A DNA stretch of 64,000 nucleotides from contig JBDRIV010000004.1 of assembly GCA_043815505.1 (NCBI GenBank), positions 113,671 to 177,670 of the forward strand, in the 5' to 3' direction. This DNA comes from a bacterium (GTDB lineage Bacteria > Patescibacteriota > JABMPQ01 > JBDRIV01). The translations under genes and the position numbers were made by a program. Positions within the stretch are counted from its first letter, which is position 1. Each line of letters begins with the position of its first letter. Below the pieces are notes generated by a model. That model was not told the DNA's origin and searched no databases. It worked only from the letters and a program-made list of their open reading frames with translations. Below are positions 22,911 to 33,814 of this stretch, piece after piece.

Positions 22911-22929
22911 TTAATCTTTGCTTTTTAAA

Positions 22930-24708
22930 TTAGTCTATTACGACGCCGTCATCAGTGGCATAAATATCATCAGCTAAATCGGTATCAACAAGTCCTGAAG
23001 GATCAGACAAAGAATCGTCAGTAGCATCGTCAGTAGCTGTAAAAGTTGAACCATTTAATAATGTTACCAGTGAACCAGCTTCATTTGGTGTAATGCTTAA
23101 GGTAAAAGTTCCTTCCATTTCTCTAATGACTGATGAGCTGTTTTTCAGTATCCCTATGTCCCAAGTAATTTGTCTGGTGGCTGCTTCGTAAGTTATGGTT
23201 CCTTGTTCGGCTGTAGTGGTGCCAACAAATTTTACACCCGCTGGCAAAATGGTTGTAACTTTAGCATTATTTAATTTATCAACACCACTTGAGACAAACC
23301 AATAAATCCGATAAGTTGTAGTTTTACCAACTTTGGGCGGAATGGGACCAGTTCCAAGTTGAATTCCTTCATAATCGTAGTAGTGACCTTCGGTAACAAG
23401 AGAAATGCTTCCAGCAATGCTGACGGTAATGGTATCACTTTCTGAAGTAATGGTTGCTTCTCCATCCTGCACAGTTCCAGCTGAAACCCGAGCTTTGCCT
23501 AATAGTTGTAAACCATTTGTTGCTGAAGGCAAAGTATCTTTTAAATTAATTTTGAAACTCAAAGTTTCTTCAGCATTCGGTTCAATGGTAGCAATTTCTG
23601 AAAATGTAACTTTGTTGTCAACCAAGGTTCCTGGTTCTGAAACAAAAGTGGTGGCATCATATAAATCGGAACGATTAAATTCTTCCGTTATTTCCACATT
23701 CTGCAAAGTCACATCACCTTCATTTTTATATGTAATTTTATATTCCAACTCGTCGCCTGCAGACACGTTGGCAGAATCGCCGTCGTTAACAGTTTGCGTC
23801 AAAGTTAAGGCTGGTTTTACAATGGTAACAGAAAATTCTTCGGCTGCTTGCACGACATAATTACCGTCAGCTTGCTTAACTTCCAAAGTGGCTACAAATT
23901 TTTGGACATCGCCTTCGTCGCCAGTTAAATCACCGCTTACTGCAATGGTTGAACTTTCATCGGAATTAAGTTTAGCAATATCAAAAATATTGTTCTCTAA
24001 ACTAGCATTTGGTTCTGAAGAAGTGTAAGTGAAATTTTCTGGATAGGAAAATCTTAATCTAATATCATCTAGTTCTTCTTCTAAATCATTTGTTAAAGCC
24101 ACTGAAAAACTTAATGAACTGCCGGAAGGAGAATTTTCTGGTGTGGTAATTTCCATAGTTAAAGCCGACTGACTAATAGCAGTGGAAATTTCTGTTTCAG
24201 TTGTAAAAGAAGAACTTAAATTACCAGGCAAATAGGACATGGTAACTTTTATATTTTGCCGATCATTCACTTCACCAAAAAGTTTCCCTGAAATTTCAAT
24301 ACTACCAGATTGCAATGGACGCAATTCTTCAATCTGCCATAGTGAATTGCTTTCTTTAGCTTCTGGTGAAGTGGCGCTTACTTCAAATCCAGCTGGATAC
24401 TGAACCTGAATTTCCACATTATTTAAAGCCACCCCTTCATTATTTAAATATTTGACTGTATATGTTGTATCTTTGCCAGAAGCAATTTGCGACGGACCAT
24501 CAATGCTCAAAATTACATTTTCGCTGGAAAAATTAGGATTGAGGTTTTGCACAGTTAAATAAATTCCCACGCCAATCAAAATTAAAACTACTACCACCGC
24601 CATAATAATTTTAGCTTTTCTTTTGTTGTCCATTTTAGGCTTGGCTTTTTTGCTAGAACCAGAGCTTTTATAAGGAATATTTGATTTTCTGGTATATTGT
24701 TTGGGCAT
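22930..24708 (-). CDS. membrane-anchored surface protein with repeated beta-rich domains
   Basis: 592 aa; basic N-terminus, single TM, Thr/Ser/Asn-rich repeats. Confidence 0.5.
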   Translation of the reverse strand: MPKQYTRKSNIPYKSSGSSKKAKPKMDNKRKAKIIMAVVVVLILIGVGIYLTVQNLNPNFSSENVILSIDGPSQIASGKDTTYTVKYLNNEGVALNNVEIQVQYPAGFEVSATSPEAKESNSLWQIEELRPLQSGSIEISGKLFGEVNDRQNIKVTMSYLPGNLSSSFTTETEISTAISQSALTMEITTPENSPSGSSLSFSVALTNDLEEELDDIRLRFSYPENFTYTSSEPNASLENNIFDIAKLNSDESSTIAVSGDLTGDEGDVQKFVATLEVKQADGNYVVQAAEEFSVTIVKPALTLTQTVNDGDSANVSAGDELEYKITYKNEGDVTLQNVEITEEFNRSDLYDATTFVSEPGTLVDNKVTFSEIATIEPNAEETLSFKINLKDTLPSATNGLQLLGKARVSAGTVQDGEATITSESDTITVSIAGSISLVTEGHYYDYEGIQLGTGPIPPKVGKTTTYRIYWFVSSGVDKLNNAKVTTILPAGVKFVGTTTAEQGTITYEAATRQITWDIGILKNSSSVIREMEGTFTLSITPNEAGSLVTLLNGSTFTATDDATDDSLSDPSGLVDTDLADDIYATDDGVVID

Positions 24709-24747
24709 ATTTATTTATGAAAATTCTTAATTAATATCTTACCTTGT

Positions 24748-25518
24748 TTAAGCGCTTTTTTCAAGCGCCTTAATGTGACGAACAAAGTCTTTGCTAGGCA
24801 AATGGCGATCTAATATGGCTTTTATAAAATCACTTAAAATATCTTCCAAATTTTGCCAAGCTTGGTCTTCAGGAGAAATTTTGGCCACAGTGGCCAATTC
24901 ATTTTTTGTTATCAATCGCAAAAGTTTGATGGCGCCATCAGAAATTGCCACCGCTTCATCTCTTTTCGAAGCACAACCTGAACAAACCACGCCACCAAGC
25001 AAATCCGAAAAACCATTTCTTTGAGGTTTTAAAGCGCGCCCGCAACGCACACATTTATCAGCTACTGGGGCGTGACCTGTAATAGTTAGAAGTTTAATTT
25101 CAAAAGCGCGCAAAATAATATGCCTATTTTTTGATTGCGCATTTTCATTTAACCATTCTAAAGTATTTTTTAGCAGTGTAAATATTCTAGTATCGTTGTG
25201 GCCTTCTGGTGTCATCAAATCAACCATTTCTAAAACACTTCCCAGCTGACTATAAATTTCTAAGTCGTTGCGCAAATGTTTGTAAGCTTCAATATTTTCA
25301 GCTGAAGTTATCACATCAAGATTTTTGCCATTGGCAATAATTAAATCGGTCAGCATGAATAATTCTAGATGTCCGGAACGACGACTCTTTGCCTTGCGAA
25401 TACCTTTGGCAATAGCGCGCAGTTTTCCCTGATGACGAGTATAGAAAGTAATAATCTGGTCGGCTTCAAATATATTGTTTTTTCGAAGAATTATTCCTTC
25501 GGTTTTATATGTTGGCAC
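24748..25518 (-). CDS. recO: DNA repair protein RecO
   Basis: 256 aa; RecO-like N-terminus and C-x2-C...C-x2-C zinc motif. Confidence 0.75.
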   Translation of the reverse strand: MPTYKTEGIILRKNNIFEADQIITFYTRHQGKLRAIAKGIRKAKSRRSGHLELFMLTDLIIANGKNLDVITSAENIEAYKHLRNDLEIYSQLGSVLEMVDLMTPEGHNDTRIFTLLKNTLEWLNENAQSKNRHIILRAFEIKLLTITGHAPVADKCVRCGRALKPQRNGFSDLLGGVVCSGCASKRDEAVAISDGAIKLLRLITKNELATVAKISPEDQAWQNLEDILSDFIKAILDRHLPSKDFVRHIKALEKSA

Positions 25519-25751
25519 AAATTAGATTAAAGATAAAAGAGCAAGGAGAAAAATAACTAGTACTTATATTCTAACAGATTTTATCGCATTTTACTTAAAA
25601 AGGAAACTCTTGCTTAAAACCCCCTTAGGACTTTTCTATAGAATAGTCCTATTTTAAATTTTGCTTGACTATTTTTACAAATAGCTCATTATTAACTGAA
25701 ATGATCTTTATGAATTGAAACGTTCATTTGTTTAACATCAGGAGGCACACC

Positions 25752-26261
25752 ATGAAATACTGGCTATTGTCTTTGCTTCTGCTGCTGACAACTGTGAGTT
25801 GTCTGGCGCAAAATTCTCCCCTCTCCAATCTGGTTTATCCAGAAATTCGGGAGGAATTTAGAAATTTGGTTGAGGCTCGTGATGAAAATGTTATAGATCT
25901 GATTCTAACTCACTGTTATAACACCAAATTTCCCTGTTGTGTGGGATCAAGTTATAAGGAGTTGCGAGAAGCATTTCCTTATGCCAACGAAAATTCAGTC
26001 CACTTTATGGTAGAAGTTTGTGAACGCCTGACGGAAATTGAGAACTACTATCAGTGGTCAGAATTTCTGGCTAAGTTCTGGCAACACAATCCTAACTATC
26101 TTAATCTCAGATTTTTAAAGTCTAAATGTCGTAGTAACGTTAATGAAAATTGGATAATTCGCAGTGTTCTTATCGGTTCAATTTTCATTTTGATGGCAGA
26201 CAATCCGGAAATTACTATTCCTGATGAAGTACTGAATTTCTTCCAAATCGCCCGGGAATGA
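25752..26261 (+). CDS. secreted Cys-containing hypothetical protein
   Basis: AGGAGG SD 6 nt before ATG at 25752; signal peptide MKYWLLSLLLLLTTVSCLA; GC higher than genome. Confidence 0.5.
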   Translation: MKYWLLSLLLLLTTVSCLAQNSPLSNLVYPEIREEFRNLVEARDENVIDLILTHCYNTKFPCCVGSSYKELREAFPYANENSVHFMVEVCERLTEIENYYQWSEFLAKFWQHNPNYLNLRFLKSKCRSNVNENWIIRSVLIGSIFILMADNPEITIPDEVLNFFQIARE

Positions 26262-26287
26262 GCAATCATTCCCTTTCTTTTTGCCTT

Positions 26288-26385
26288 CCCAGTAGTACAA
26301 TTAAATGATTCTTGTGTTTTATATTTTCTTATCTAATTTGCTAAAAAAGTTAGACTTTTCTATGTTCTACATTGTACTACTGGGC
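26288..26385. promoter_or_regulatory. GTAC-core inverted-repeat pair
   Basis: CCCAGTAGTACAATT (26288-26302) and its exact reverse complement AATTGTACTACTGGG (26371-26385). Confidence 0.5.
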
Positions 26386-26423
26386 TTATTTAAGCTATTT
26401 TATGTTTTATGTTTGCTAGAAGC

Positions 26424-26452
26424 TTGACAATTTTATGTTTTGGTAGTATAAT
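26424..26452 (+). promoter_or_regulatory. consensus sigma70-type promoter TTGACA-N17-TATAAT
   Basis: Exact TTGACA (26424-26429) and TATAAT (26447-26452) with a 17-nt spacer, about 85 nt upstream of the GTG-start gene. Confidence 0.5.
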
Positions 26453-26536
26453 ATAGCTCAAATAAAAATAAAGAAAGTTCTCTAACCCCCGCTTTCCGTA
26501 TTCTGGAAAAACAACTTAAAAAAGGGAGGACGGAAA

Positions 26537-26860
26537 GTGACAAAAAGAGACGTTTTGGTGGTGATGGCAATGTTACTCTGCATGACCGCGGGAAACATTG
26601 CAGGATTATTCCTCGCAAATGAGAACCCAATCCAGCAGATCTGGGAAGGTCCCGACGGGAACTTCAAGCTCCTGTTGGTTCTGTTCCCCTTCATCGTCAT
26701 CACCTTCTGCGTTCTCTGCATCCGCGAGGTGCGGAGAACCAGAAACAAACAGTGGGTGACACTGTATACCGTTTTGGCTATCGCCGGCATGGCAGCGGCC
26801 ATCGGAGTTGGGATTTGGAGTAGTAAGTGCTTCATCGCACTTATGGCTCCATCCTGCTAA
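26537..26860 (+). CDS. small membrane protein (107 aa)
   Basis: GTG start preceded by a GGGAGGA SD; three hydrophobic helices; about 50% GC. Confidence 0.5.
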   Translation: MTKRDVLVVMAMLLCMTAGNIAGLFLANENPIQQIWEGPDGNFKLLLVLFPFIVITFCVLCIREVRRTRNKQWVTLYTVLAIAGMAAAIGVGIWSSKCFIALMAPSC

Positions 26861-26869
26861 CCCCCTCAA

Positions 26870-26914
26870 CCCGCTCGTAGCAACCTTAATTGGAAGCTGC
26901 AGCGGGTTTTTTTT
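26870..26914 (+). terminator. intrinsic terminator
   Basis: CCCGCT...AGCGGG hairpin followed by T8. Confidence 0.5.
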
Positions 26915-26990
26915 GACAAAAATAGTATTTTTCGCTTTACTGCAAATATAAACAAGTGATCTTTTTACAAACTACATAAGGAGAATATTG

Positions 26991-27263
26991 ATGACCACAA
27001 AAGAATTTTTCAGAAGTTGGAGATTTCTCGTCTACTTGATATTATTGGTTCCGCTTTTTCTATCTGGATGGTGGACTGGTCATCTCATGCAAATGGGTGA
27101 AAATTCCACAAACTCTCCGGTCATTGGGATGGTCCTTATCAGTATTTTGTTCGTACTTTCAATCTTTACTTACATTGAAAAGGTAAGTGAGGGATTTGGA
27201 TTCTGCATTTTCTTTTTCTCACTTCTTGTCGTGGCTGGTAGCATGATCCTGTCATGTTATTAA
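26991..27263 (+). CDS. small membrane protein (about 90 aa)
   Basis: AAGGAG SD 8 nt upstream of ATG; two TM helices. Confidence 0.4.
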   Translation: MTTKEFFRSWRFLVYLILLVPLFLSGWWTGHLMQMGENSTNSPVIGMVLISILFVLSIFTYIEKVSEGFGFCIFFFSLLVVAGSMILSCY

Positions 27264-27327
27264 GCAAATCAAAAAGACCTCGGGATTTAGTTTTACTAAA
27301 TTCTCAAGGTCTTTTAAATTTGTAAAA

Positions 27328-30300
27328 CTATTTTGCTAGGGCAAGTAGAATTCTCTCGCCTTCTATTTCCAGTTCTTTTTCAATTTTAAATTCACTTTTT
27401 TTGTGAATAATATTTTCTGCCAGCACTTCTTTTTTTATTGTGTCAGAATATTTTTCTAAAACCTTTTTTAAATCTTTAGAATCTGTTTCAGCAAACAAGG
27501 TAATTCTATCTTCCACATTAAATCCCGCTTCTTTACGTAATTCCTGAACAAAGCGCACCAAATCGCGCATCATGCCTTCAAGTTTCAAATCTTTATCTAT
27601 TTCTATGTTTAAGAATAATACTTTGTCTTTTTCTGCAACAACAATATATTGAGAATTGAAAACAATTTCACTTTCTTTTTTTGGCACATAATCAATCCTA
27701 TATTCGTTATCCTCTAAGATATAATTTCCTATTTTTAGTTTTAATCCATCGTCAGTGGTAACAAAAGAGAATTTTTTTGAACCTTTTTCAATTTCTTTAA
27801 GTTTTTCTTTGTATTTTTTACCTAAAACAGAGTAATTTAAATTTATTTTTGCTTCTGTTAGATCATCAAAATCGCCTCTATTAATAATTTCATATTCTTT
27901 CACATTTAGTTCTTCACAAATTGCTTTAACTAAATCTATATCATTTATTAATTTGCTATTAAAATTAAAGACTCGAATTCCTTTTAATGGTTGACGAACT
28001 TTAATTTGAGCTTGATCGCGAGCGGTATGACCAAGACTTACCATAGTTAGAACATCTTGCATTTGTTCGTTTAATTCAGTATCAATTAATTTTTTATAAC
28101 TTTTAGGGAAATCACAATAATGAACTGACTCTGGAGCTTTTGTGTCAACTGCTCGCACCAAATTCTGATACATCTCCTCGGTCGCAAAAGGAATAATTGG
28201 AGCGAGAATTTTGATAACTGTTGTTAATACTTCATATAAAGTTTGATAAGCGGCCAATTTGTCGTTGTCAGATTCAGACTTCCAGAAACGACGACGACTC
28301 CGCCTCACATACCAAGTGGAAAGATCTGTTATAAATTTCTCCACCTTTTTCATTAACTTCGTTAAATCATATTTTTCATAATCCTTGGTAGCATCTTCTA
28401 CAAAAGCATTTAGGGCAGAAAGAATCCAGCGATCCAATTTATTTTCTTTTTTAACCTGTTTTTGCTTCGGATCAAATTTATCCAAAGCTGCATAAGTTGT
28501 GAAAAATGAATAGACATTCCAAAGGGTTAGCAATTTCTTGCGCATTTGATCAGCCAAACCGTAACCAAAACGAATATTCATAAAAGGATTTTGCGAAACA
28601 TACAACCAGCGCATGGCGTCGGCTCCCATTTTTTCCACCGCTTCATCGAACCAAATCGTATTGCCTTTACTCTTGTGCATCGACTCACCTTTTTCGTCCA
28701 TCAAAGTCGCATAAGCTAAAACTTTTTGATATGGAGTTACGCCTTCAAGAGTTACTGACATAAAAAGCGTGGCATAAAACCAAAGTTTAATTTGCGGCAC
28801 TGATTCGGAAACAAATTCAGCTGGAAACCACTTCTGCCAGTATTTTTTATCTTCCAAATATTTTAAAGTTGAGAAATAAACAATTCCCGCATCGAGCCAA
28901 CAATCCCCCACATCAGTCACGCGGGAAACAACTTCTGCACATTTTGGGCATTTAATTTTTATTTCGTCAATCCACGGTCGGTGTAATTCTGGAAGTTTAT
29001 CAACCCTTTCCGGTTCCACAGCCAGCTTTTTTAATTCTTCTTTGGAACCAACAACCATAAATTCACCACATGTACATTCATAAAATGGTAAAGCTAATCC
29101 CCAAAATCTCTTGCGAGAAATCGGCCAGTCGCCCATATTATCCAACCAATCCTGCATGCGCTTCCCTGCCGATTCTGGCATCCAATCAACTTTGCCTGCT
29201 TCTTTTTTCATCAGTGGACGAATTTGTTCCACATCAATAAACCATTCACTGGTGATACGGAAAACTAATTCTTCTTTACAACGCCAACAAATTGGATAAC
29301 GATGTCTAGTATTAGTAATGCGAAAAACGAATTTTTTCTCTTTCAAATCTTTAAAAATTTCGTCGGCGGCGTTCGCTGCCACTTGGCCGGTAAAATCACC
29401 GAAGCCGTCAATGTAAACACCAAACTCATCTAGCGGAGCAATAACTTTTAGCTTGTGGATTTTTCCCAATTCATGATCTTCCTCACCACAACCCGGGGCA
29501 ATATGAACAATGCCAGTTCCTTCTTCTTCGCCAACTTCTTCCCAAGGAATTACGATTCGTTCAGAATTTTTTTGCGCTGGCAATTCATCAAACGGCCCCT
29601 GGTATTTCAGACCTACTAAATCTTTTCCTTTTATTTCTTCAATTACTTCACCGTCTTTAATTAAATCTTTAGTTCCTTCAGATAAAATATATATATTTTT
29701 ACCACTTTTTACTTTGACATATTTTAGATCGGGATGAACTGCAATAGCCACATTGGCCAGCAATGTCCATGGAGTTGTTGTCCAAACGAGAAAATTTTCG
29801 TTATTTTTTCCTTGAAGCGGCATAGCCACATAAACTGAACGATGTTCCAATTCTTTATAACCTTCGTCGGAAAGTTCGTGGGCAGAAATGGCTGTACCAC
29901 AACGCGTACACCATGGCATTGAATCTGTTCCTTTTTTCAACCAACCTTTGGCCTGACATTTTTTCAAGAAATACCAAATATATTCATTATTGGTCTCAGA
30001 CATTGTGTAATAAGAATTCTCCCAATCCATCCATTGTCCGAGGCGAATTGACTGGTCAGTTTGAACCTTAGAAAATTTTTCTACGCGCGCCCGACAAGCT
30101 TTAGAGAATTTGTCCAAACCAAATTTTTCAATGTCTTTTTTGGAATTAAATCCTAAATCTTTTTCTACCTCTACTTCCACCCACAAGCCTTGGCAATCAA
30201 ATCCATTTTGATAACGCTGATCAAATCCCTGCATGGCTTTATAGCGCTGAAAAGCATCTTTAATGGCTCGCCCCCAAGCATGGTGCACACCCATGGGATT

Positions 30301-30453
30301 ATTGGCAGTTATGGGACCATCAATAAAAGACCAGGGTTCTTTGCCCTCGTTTTTCTTTTGTAATTTGACAAAGGAATTATTCTCTTGCCAAAACTGCAAA
30401 ATCTTTTCTTCCAGCTTGGGAAAGTCAACTTTGGGATCTACTTTTTTGAACAT
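27328..30453 (-). CDS. ileS: isoleucyl-tRNA synthetase
   Basis: 1041 aa class I aaRS; KMSKS-like MHKSKGN; editing and C-terminal domains. Confidence 0.9.
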   Translation of the reverse strand: MFKKVDPKVDFPKLEEKILQFWQENNSFVKLQKKNEGKEPWSFIDGPITANNPMGVHHAWGRAIKDAFQRYKAMQGFDQRYQNGFDCQGLWVEVEVEKDLGFNSKKDIEKFGLDKFSKACRARVEKFSKVQTDQSIRLGQWMDWENSYYTMSETNNEYIWYFLKKCQAKGWLKKGTDSMPWCTRCGTAISAHELSDEGYKELEHRSVYVAMPLQGKNNENFLVWTTTPWTLLANVAIAVHPDLKYVKVKSGKNIYILSEGTKDLIKDGEVIEEIKGKDLVGLKYQGPFDELPAQKNSERIVIPWEEVGEEEGTGIVHIAPGCGEEDHELGKIHKLKVIAPLDEFGVYIDGFGDFTGQVAANAADEIFKDLKEKKFVFRITNTRHRYPICWRCKEELVFRITSEWFIDVEQIRPLMKKEAGKVDWMPESAGKRMQDWLDNMGDWPISRKRFWGLALPFYECTCGEFMVVGSKEELKKLAVEPERVDKLPELHRPWIDEIKIKCPKCAEVVSRVTDVGDCWLDAGIVYFSTLKYLEDKKYWQKWFPAEFVSESVPQIKLWFYATLFMSVTLEGVTPYQKVLAYATLMDEKGESMHKSKGNTIWFDEAVEKMGADAMRWLYVSQNPFMNIRFGYGLADQMRKKLLTLWNVYSFFTTYAALDKFDPKQKQVKKENKLDRWILSALNAFVEDATKDYEKYDLTKLMKKVEKFITDLSTWYVRRSRRRFWKSESDNDKLAAYQTLYEVLTTVIKILAPIIPFATEEMYQNLVRAVDTKAPESVHYCDFPKSYKKLIDTELNEQMQDVLTMVSLGHTARDQAQIKVRQPLKGIRVFNFNSKLINDIDLVKAICEELNVKEYEIINRGDFDDLTEAKINLNYSVLGKKYKEKLKEIEKGSKKFSFVTTDDGLKLKIGNYILEDNEYRIDYVPKKESEIVFNSQYIVVAEKDKVLFLNIEIDKDLKLEGMMRDLVRFVQELRKEAGFNVEDRITLFAETDSKDLKKVLEKYSDTIKKEVLAENIIHKKSEFKIEKELEIEGERILLALAK

Positions 30454-30668
30454 TAAAATCTTTGTTAGTCGTTAAAATTCTAAACTTATAAAGCGCTTTT
30501 GTCAAAGGCTGGTTCTGTTTGTAGAATAAAAATTGGTTTCAAAATTTTGTGGAATGGTAGCAATGGAATCGGCCAGCGTCCAAACATAAATTCCGAAGCC
30601 CAAACAAAACAAAGCAATTGAAATTAGAATAACGATAGTTGTAGTTTTCGAAAAAACGAAATTTAATC

Positions 30669-31775
30669 TCATGTTTCTTTAACACTTTTATAAACTTCTA
30701 AAGTTTCTCTGGCACATTTTTCCCAGGAAAATTTTTCTAACTGCTTTTTGCCTTTTTCAACTAACTCGGCTCGCAATTCTTTGTTGGTATAAATATTGCG
30801 CATAGCCAGAGCAATCGACTTGTAATCTTCGGGGTCAGTTAGAATAGCGGCGTCCCCCGCCACCTCAGGAATGGAAGTAGTATTAGAAGTTATTACTGGC
30901 GTGCCTTCACGCATAGCCTCCAAAATTGGCAAACCAAAACCTTCATGTAAAGATGGGAAAACAAACATAGTTGAATTTTGTAGCAGAATTCTTTTTTCAA
31001 TTTCTGAAACATACCCGAGCTGTAAAACTTTTGGGTTGGCTTTGATGGCGGTGGAAATTTCTTCTGTGCGCCAGCCCATATTTCCTGCTAGAGCTAATTT
31101 TAGTTCGGGAAAACTCCCTGACAAAGACTCAAAGGCTTCTATTAAAGTAATTATGTTTTTACGCGGTTCAATAGTGCCAATAAACAAAATGTAAGGTTCT
31201 GTTAATTTGTATTTCTGCAGAGTTTCTGAAGCTTGAGGAAGTTTAATGGGTGTTTGATCGACGCCATTATAAACAACTTTTATTTTATCCGGTGCAATCG
31301 GTAGCAGTTTTGTAATATGATTCTTAGTGTGATTGGAAACGGTAATAATCTTGGCAGCTTTGCGCAAACTTTTTGGTACCACAATATTTGTAGAAAATCC
31401 CTGACCTTTAGGAAACCATTCGGGATGATCATAAATCGCCATGTCGTGAATCGTTAGAACCGAAACACCTCCATAAAAAAGTGGGATGAAAGAAGCGGGT
31501 GAATGAAAAACCTCAACCTTGGCTCCCTTTATTGTTTCGGCATCAAAAACGTGCGAGGAAAAAAGTGGTAAACTTTTTTTAGCAAATTTCACTATTTCTC
31601 CGCCTTTCTTAACAAATTCTGGAACTTCTTGATCAGCTCCTATAAAAAACACTAGTTCATCTTTTTGCCCAAGCGGAATTAAATTCTTTAACAAATGATA
31701 AGTATAGTGCCCCACTCCGGCACCTTCACCTGCTTTAGAATCTAAAATTGTCCTAATGTCTATTCCGATTCTCAC
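30669..31775 (-). CDS. glycosyltransferase family 4 (GT-B)
   Basis: EGFGLPILEAMREGTPVITS motif. Confidence 0.8.
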   Translation of the reverse strand: MRIGIDIRTILDSKAGEGAGVGHYTYHLLKNLIPLGQKDELVFFIGADQEVPEFVKKGGEIVKFAKKSLPLFSSHVFDAETIKGAKVEVFHSPASFIPLFYGGVSVLTIHDMAIYDHPEWFPKGQGFSTNIVVPKSLRKAAKIITVSNHTKNHITKLLPIAPDKIKVVYNGVDQTPIKLPQASETLQKYKLTEPYILFIGTIEPRKNIITLIEAFESLSGSFPELKLALAGNMGWRTEEISTAIKANPKVLQLGYVSEIEKRILLQNSTMFVFPSLHEGFGLPILEAMREGTPVITSNTTSIPEVAGDAAILTDPEDYKSIALAMRNIYTNKELRAELVEKGKKQLEKFSWEKCARETLEVYKSVKET

Positions 31776-31857
31776 AAATATAAATTAAAGCAAAAAATTA
31801 GAAATAATCAGTTATAAAAGTTTTCTTTGCATTTTATCTTTACTCTTTACTCTCTTT

Positions 31858-33570
31858 CTACATTTCCTCTACAGTTTCTATTCCCAGTAACAATAAACCA
31901 TTTTTCAAAATCTCAGCTGAAGCTTTAACAATAGCTAATTTCAATTCCTTGTTTTCGGTAGCTTTTAAAACTGGAACTTTTTGGTAATAGGAATTGATCA
32001 TTTTAGCTAAATCATACAAATAGTTAGCAATGGTATGGGGGAAATAATTTTTAGCGGCGTCCTCAACAATTTCTGGAAAACGATATAAATATCTAGCCAA
32101 GATTTCTTCTTCACTTTTTAAATCTCCGGAAACTTCTTTAATTTCGGTTTCTGCTTTTCTTAAAATACTTTGCAAACGAGCATAAGTGTATTGCAAATAT
32201 GGTCCCGTGTCGCCATCAAAACTCAACATCTTGTCCCAAACAAAAGTTACATTTTTGGTACGCGATTGTGAAAGGTCGCCATATTTAATGGCTCCCACAC
32301 CAATTTTTTTAGCAATCTCTTCTTTGTTTGGCAAATCAGGATTCTTTTCCGCAATTATTTTCTTGGCTTTTTTAATCGCTTCATCAATAAATTTTTCTAA
32401 ATCAACAACATTGCCTTCTCGGGTAGACATTTTTCCTTCTGGCAATCTCACCATACCAAAACTTACATGAACATTTTCTCCCGTTTTATCACCCAGTAAT
32501 TCTACGATCTTGAAAAGTTGATTGAAGTGATGAGTTTGGTCTGAAGCCACAACGTAAACATTTTTCTTATAATTATATATTTGCTGACGATATTTTAAAG
32601 TGGCTAGATCGCGCGTGTGATAAAGTGTGGCGCCGTCCGATTTGATTAAAATACAACGACCTAAATCATATTTTTCTAAATCAATAAAAACGGAACCGTC
32701 GGTATCAATGGCAGCAATTTTTTTCTTTAAAAGCTCATCAATGACAACCTGCATTTTATCTTTGTAAAAACTTTCGCCCAGTTTATTGTCAAAAGGAAGA
32801 ATTCCCAAAATATTATAAAGCTTTTCAAATTCTGTTAAACTAATTTCTACAAACCATTTCCACAACTGCAAATTCTCTTCGTCACCTTCTTCTAATTTTT
32901 TAAATTCCTTTTTGCCTTTTTCACGCAAATCTGGTTGATCATTTATTTTCTGCGTCATTTCCTGATAAAGTTTAGCCAGCTCTTGAACTGGATTGGCTTC
33001 AACTTTTTTCTTATTGCCATCATGTTTGTAGGCGTAAAGTAAAATTCCAAATTGCACTCCCCAGTCTCCCATGTGATTATCGGTTACAACGTCGTATCCC
33101 AAAAATTTAAAAATTCTGGTTAATGAGTCGCCAATAATGGTAGAACGCATGTGACCGACGTGCATAGGCTTAGCAACATTGGGCGAAGAATATTCAATGA
33201 TTACTTTTTTATTCTGCCCCAAGGTAGAAGCGCCATATTTATTTTTAGCTTCCAAAATATTCTGCAATTCCTTCTGCAAAATTTCTGTTGCTAAAGTTAT
33301 ATTTATAAATCCCGGACCAGCCACTGCCACTGCTTTTATTAGTTCATTTTTCTCTAGCTGCAATTGTTCAGAAATTTCTGTTGCTAAGTTCTTTGGATTT
33401 TCTTTCAATTCTTTCGCTAAAATCATGGCAATATTGGCAGCAAAATCACCATGAGCAAGATCATCTGGATGTTCTAAAATCCATTTAGGCATCTTAAAAT
33501 TTGCCTGTTTTTTGTTTGTAACAGACAATGTGGCCTTGGCAACCAATTGTTTTACCCTATCTCTAATCAT
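31858..33570 (-). CDS. argS: arginyl-tRNA synthetase
   Basis: 570 aa; SSPNVAKPMHVGHMRST HIGH region. Confidence 0.9.
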   Translation of the reverse strand: MIRDRVKQLVAKATLSVTNKKQANFKMPKWILEHPDDLAHGDFAANIAMILAKELKENPKNLATEISEQLQLEKNELIKAVAVAGPGFINITLATEILQKELQNILEAKNKYGASTLGQNKKVIIEYSSPNVAKPMHVGHMRSTIIGDSLTRIFKFLGYDVVTDNHMGDWGVQFGILLYAYKHDGNKKKVEANPVQELAKLYQEMTQKINDQPDLREKGKKEFKKLEEGDEENLQLWKWFVEISLTEFEKLYNILGILPFDNKLGESFYKDKMQVVIDELLKKKIAAIDTDGSVFIDLEKYDLGRCILIKSDGATLYHTRDLATLKYRQQIYNYKKNVYVVASDQTHHFNQLFKIVELLGDKTGENVHVSFGMVRLPEGKMSTREGNVVDLEKFIDEAIKKAKKIIAEKNPDLPNKEEIAKKIGVGAIKYGDLSQSRTKNVTFVWDKMLSFDGDTGPYLQYTYARLQSILRKAETEIKEVSGDLKSEEEILARYLYRFPEIVEDAAKNYFPHTIANYLYDLAKMINSYYQKVPVLKATENKELKLAIVKASAEILKNGLLLLGIETVEEM

Positions 33571-33633
33571 GTGATTATTATAACTTAAGACCTCTTGTCA
33601 AACAACCTTTCGCAACGAAATGCGGAAATTCTT

Positions 33634-33720
33634 TAGCGAAAATTATGAAGAGCGCGGAGCTTATGCTGTAAGCATAGGCGACAAGCTCTGAATAATTTGG
33701 AGCAAGAATTTCAAATTGCA
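33634..33720. repeat. copy 2 of the roughly 90-nt conserved element (upstream of argS), flanked by a 19-bp perfect inverted repeat
   Basis: Homology to 10561-10650; flanked by AGACCTCTTGTCAAACAAC (33588-33606) and its exact reverse complement (33730-33748). Confidence 0.45.
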
Positions 33721-33814
33721 GTAGAAAGAGTTGTTTGACAAGAGGTCTCTAATTTTGGCTTTGTTAAAGGGGTTTTCTTTGCTTTCTTGCCAATTTTGCT
33801 CTAATATTAACAAT

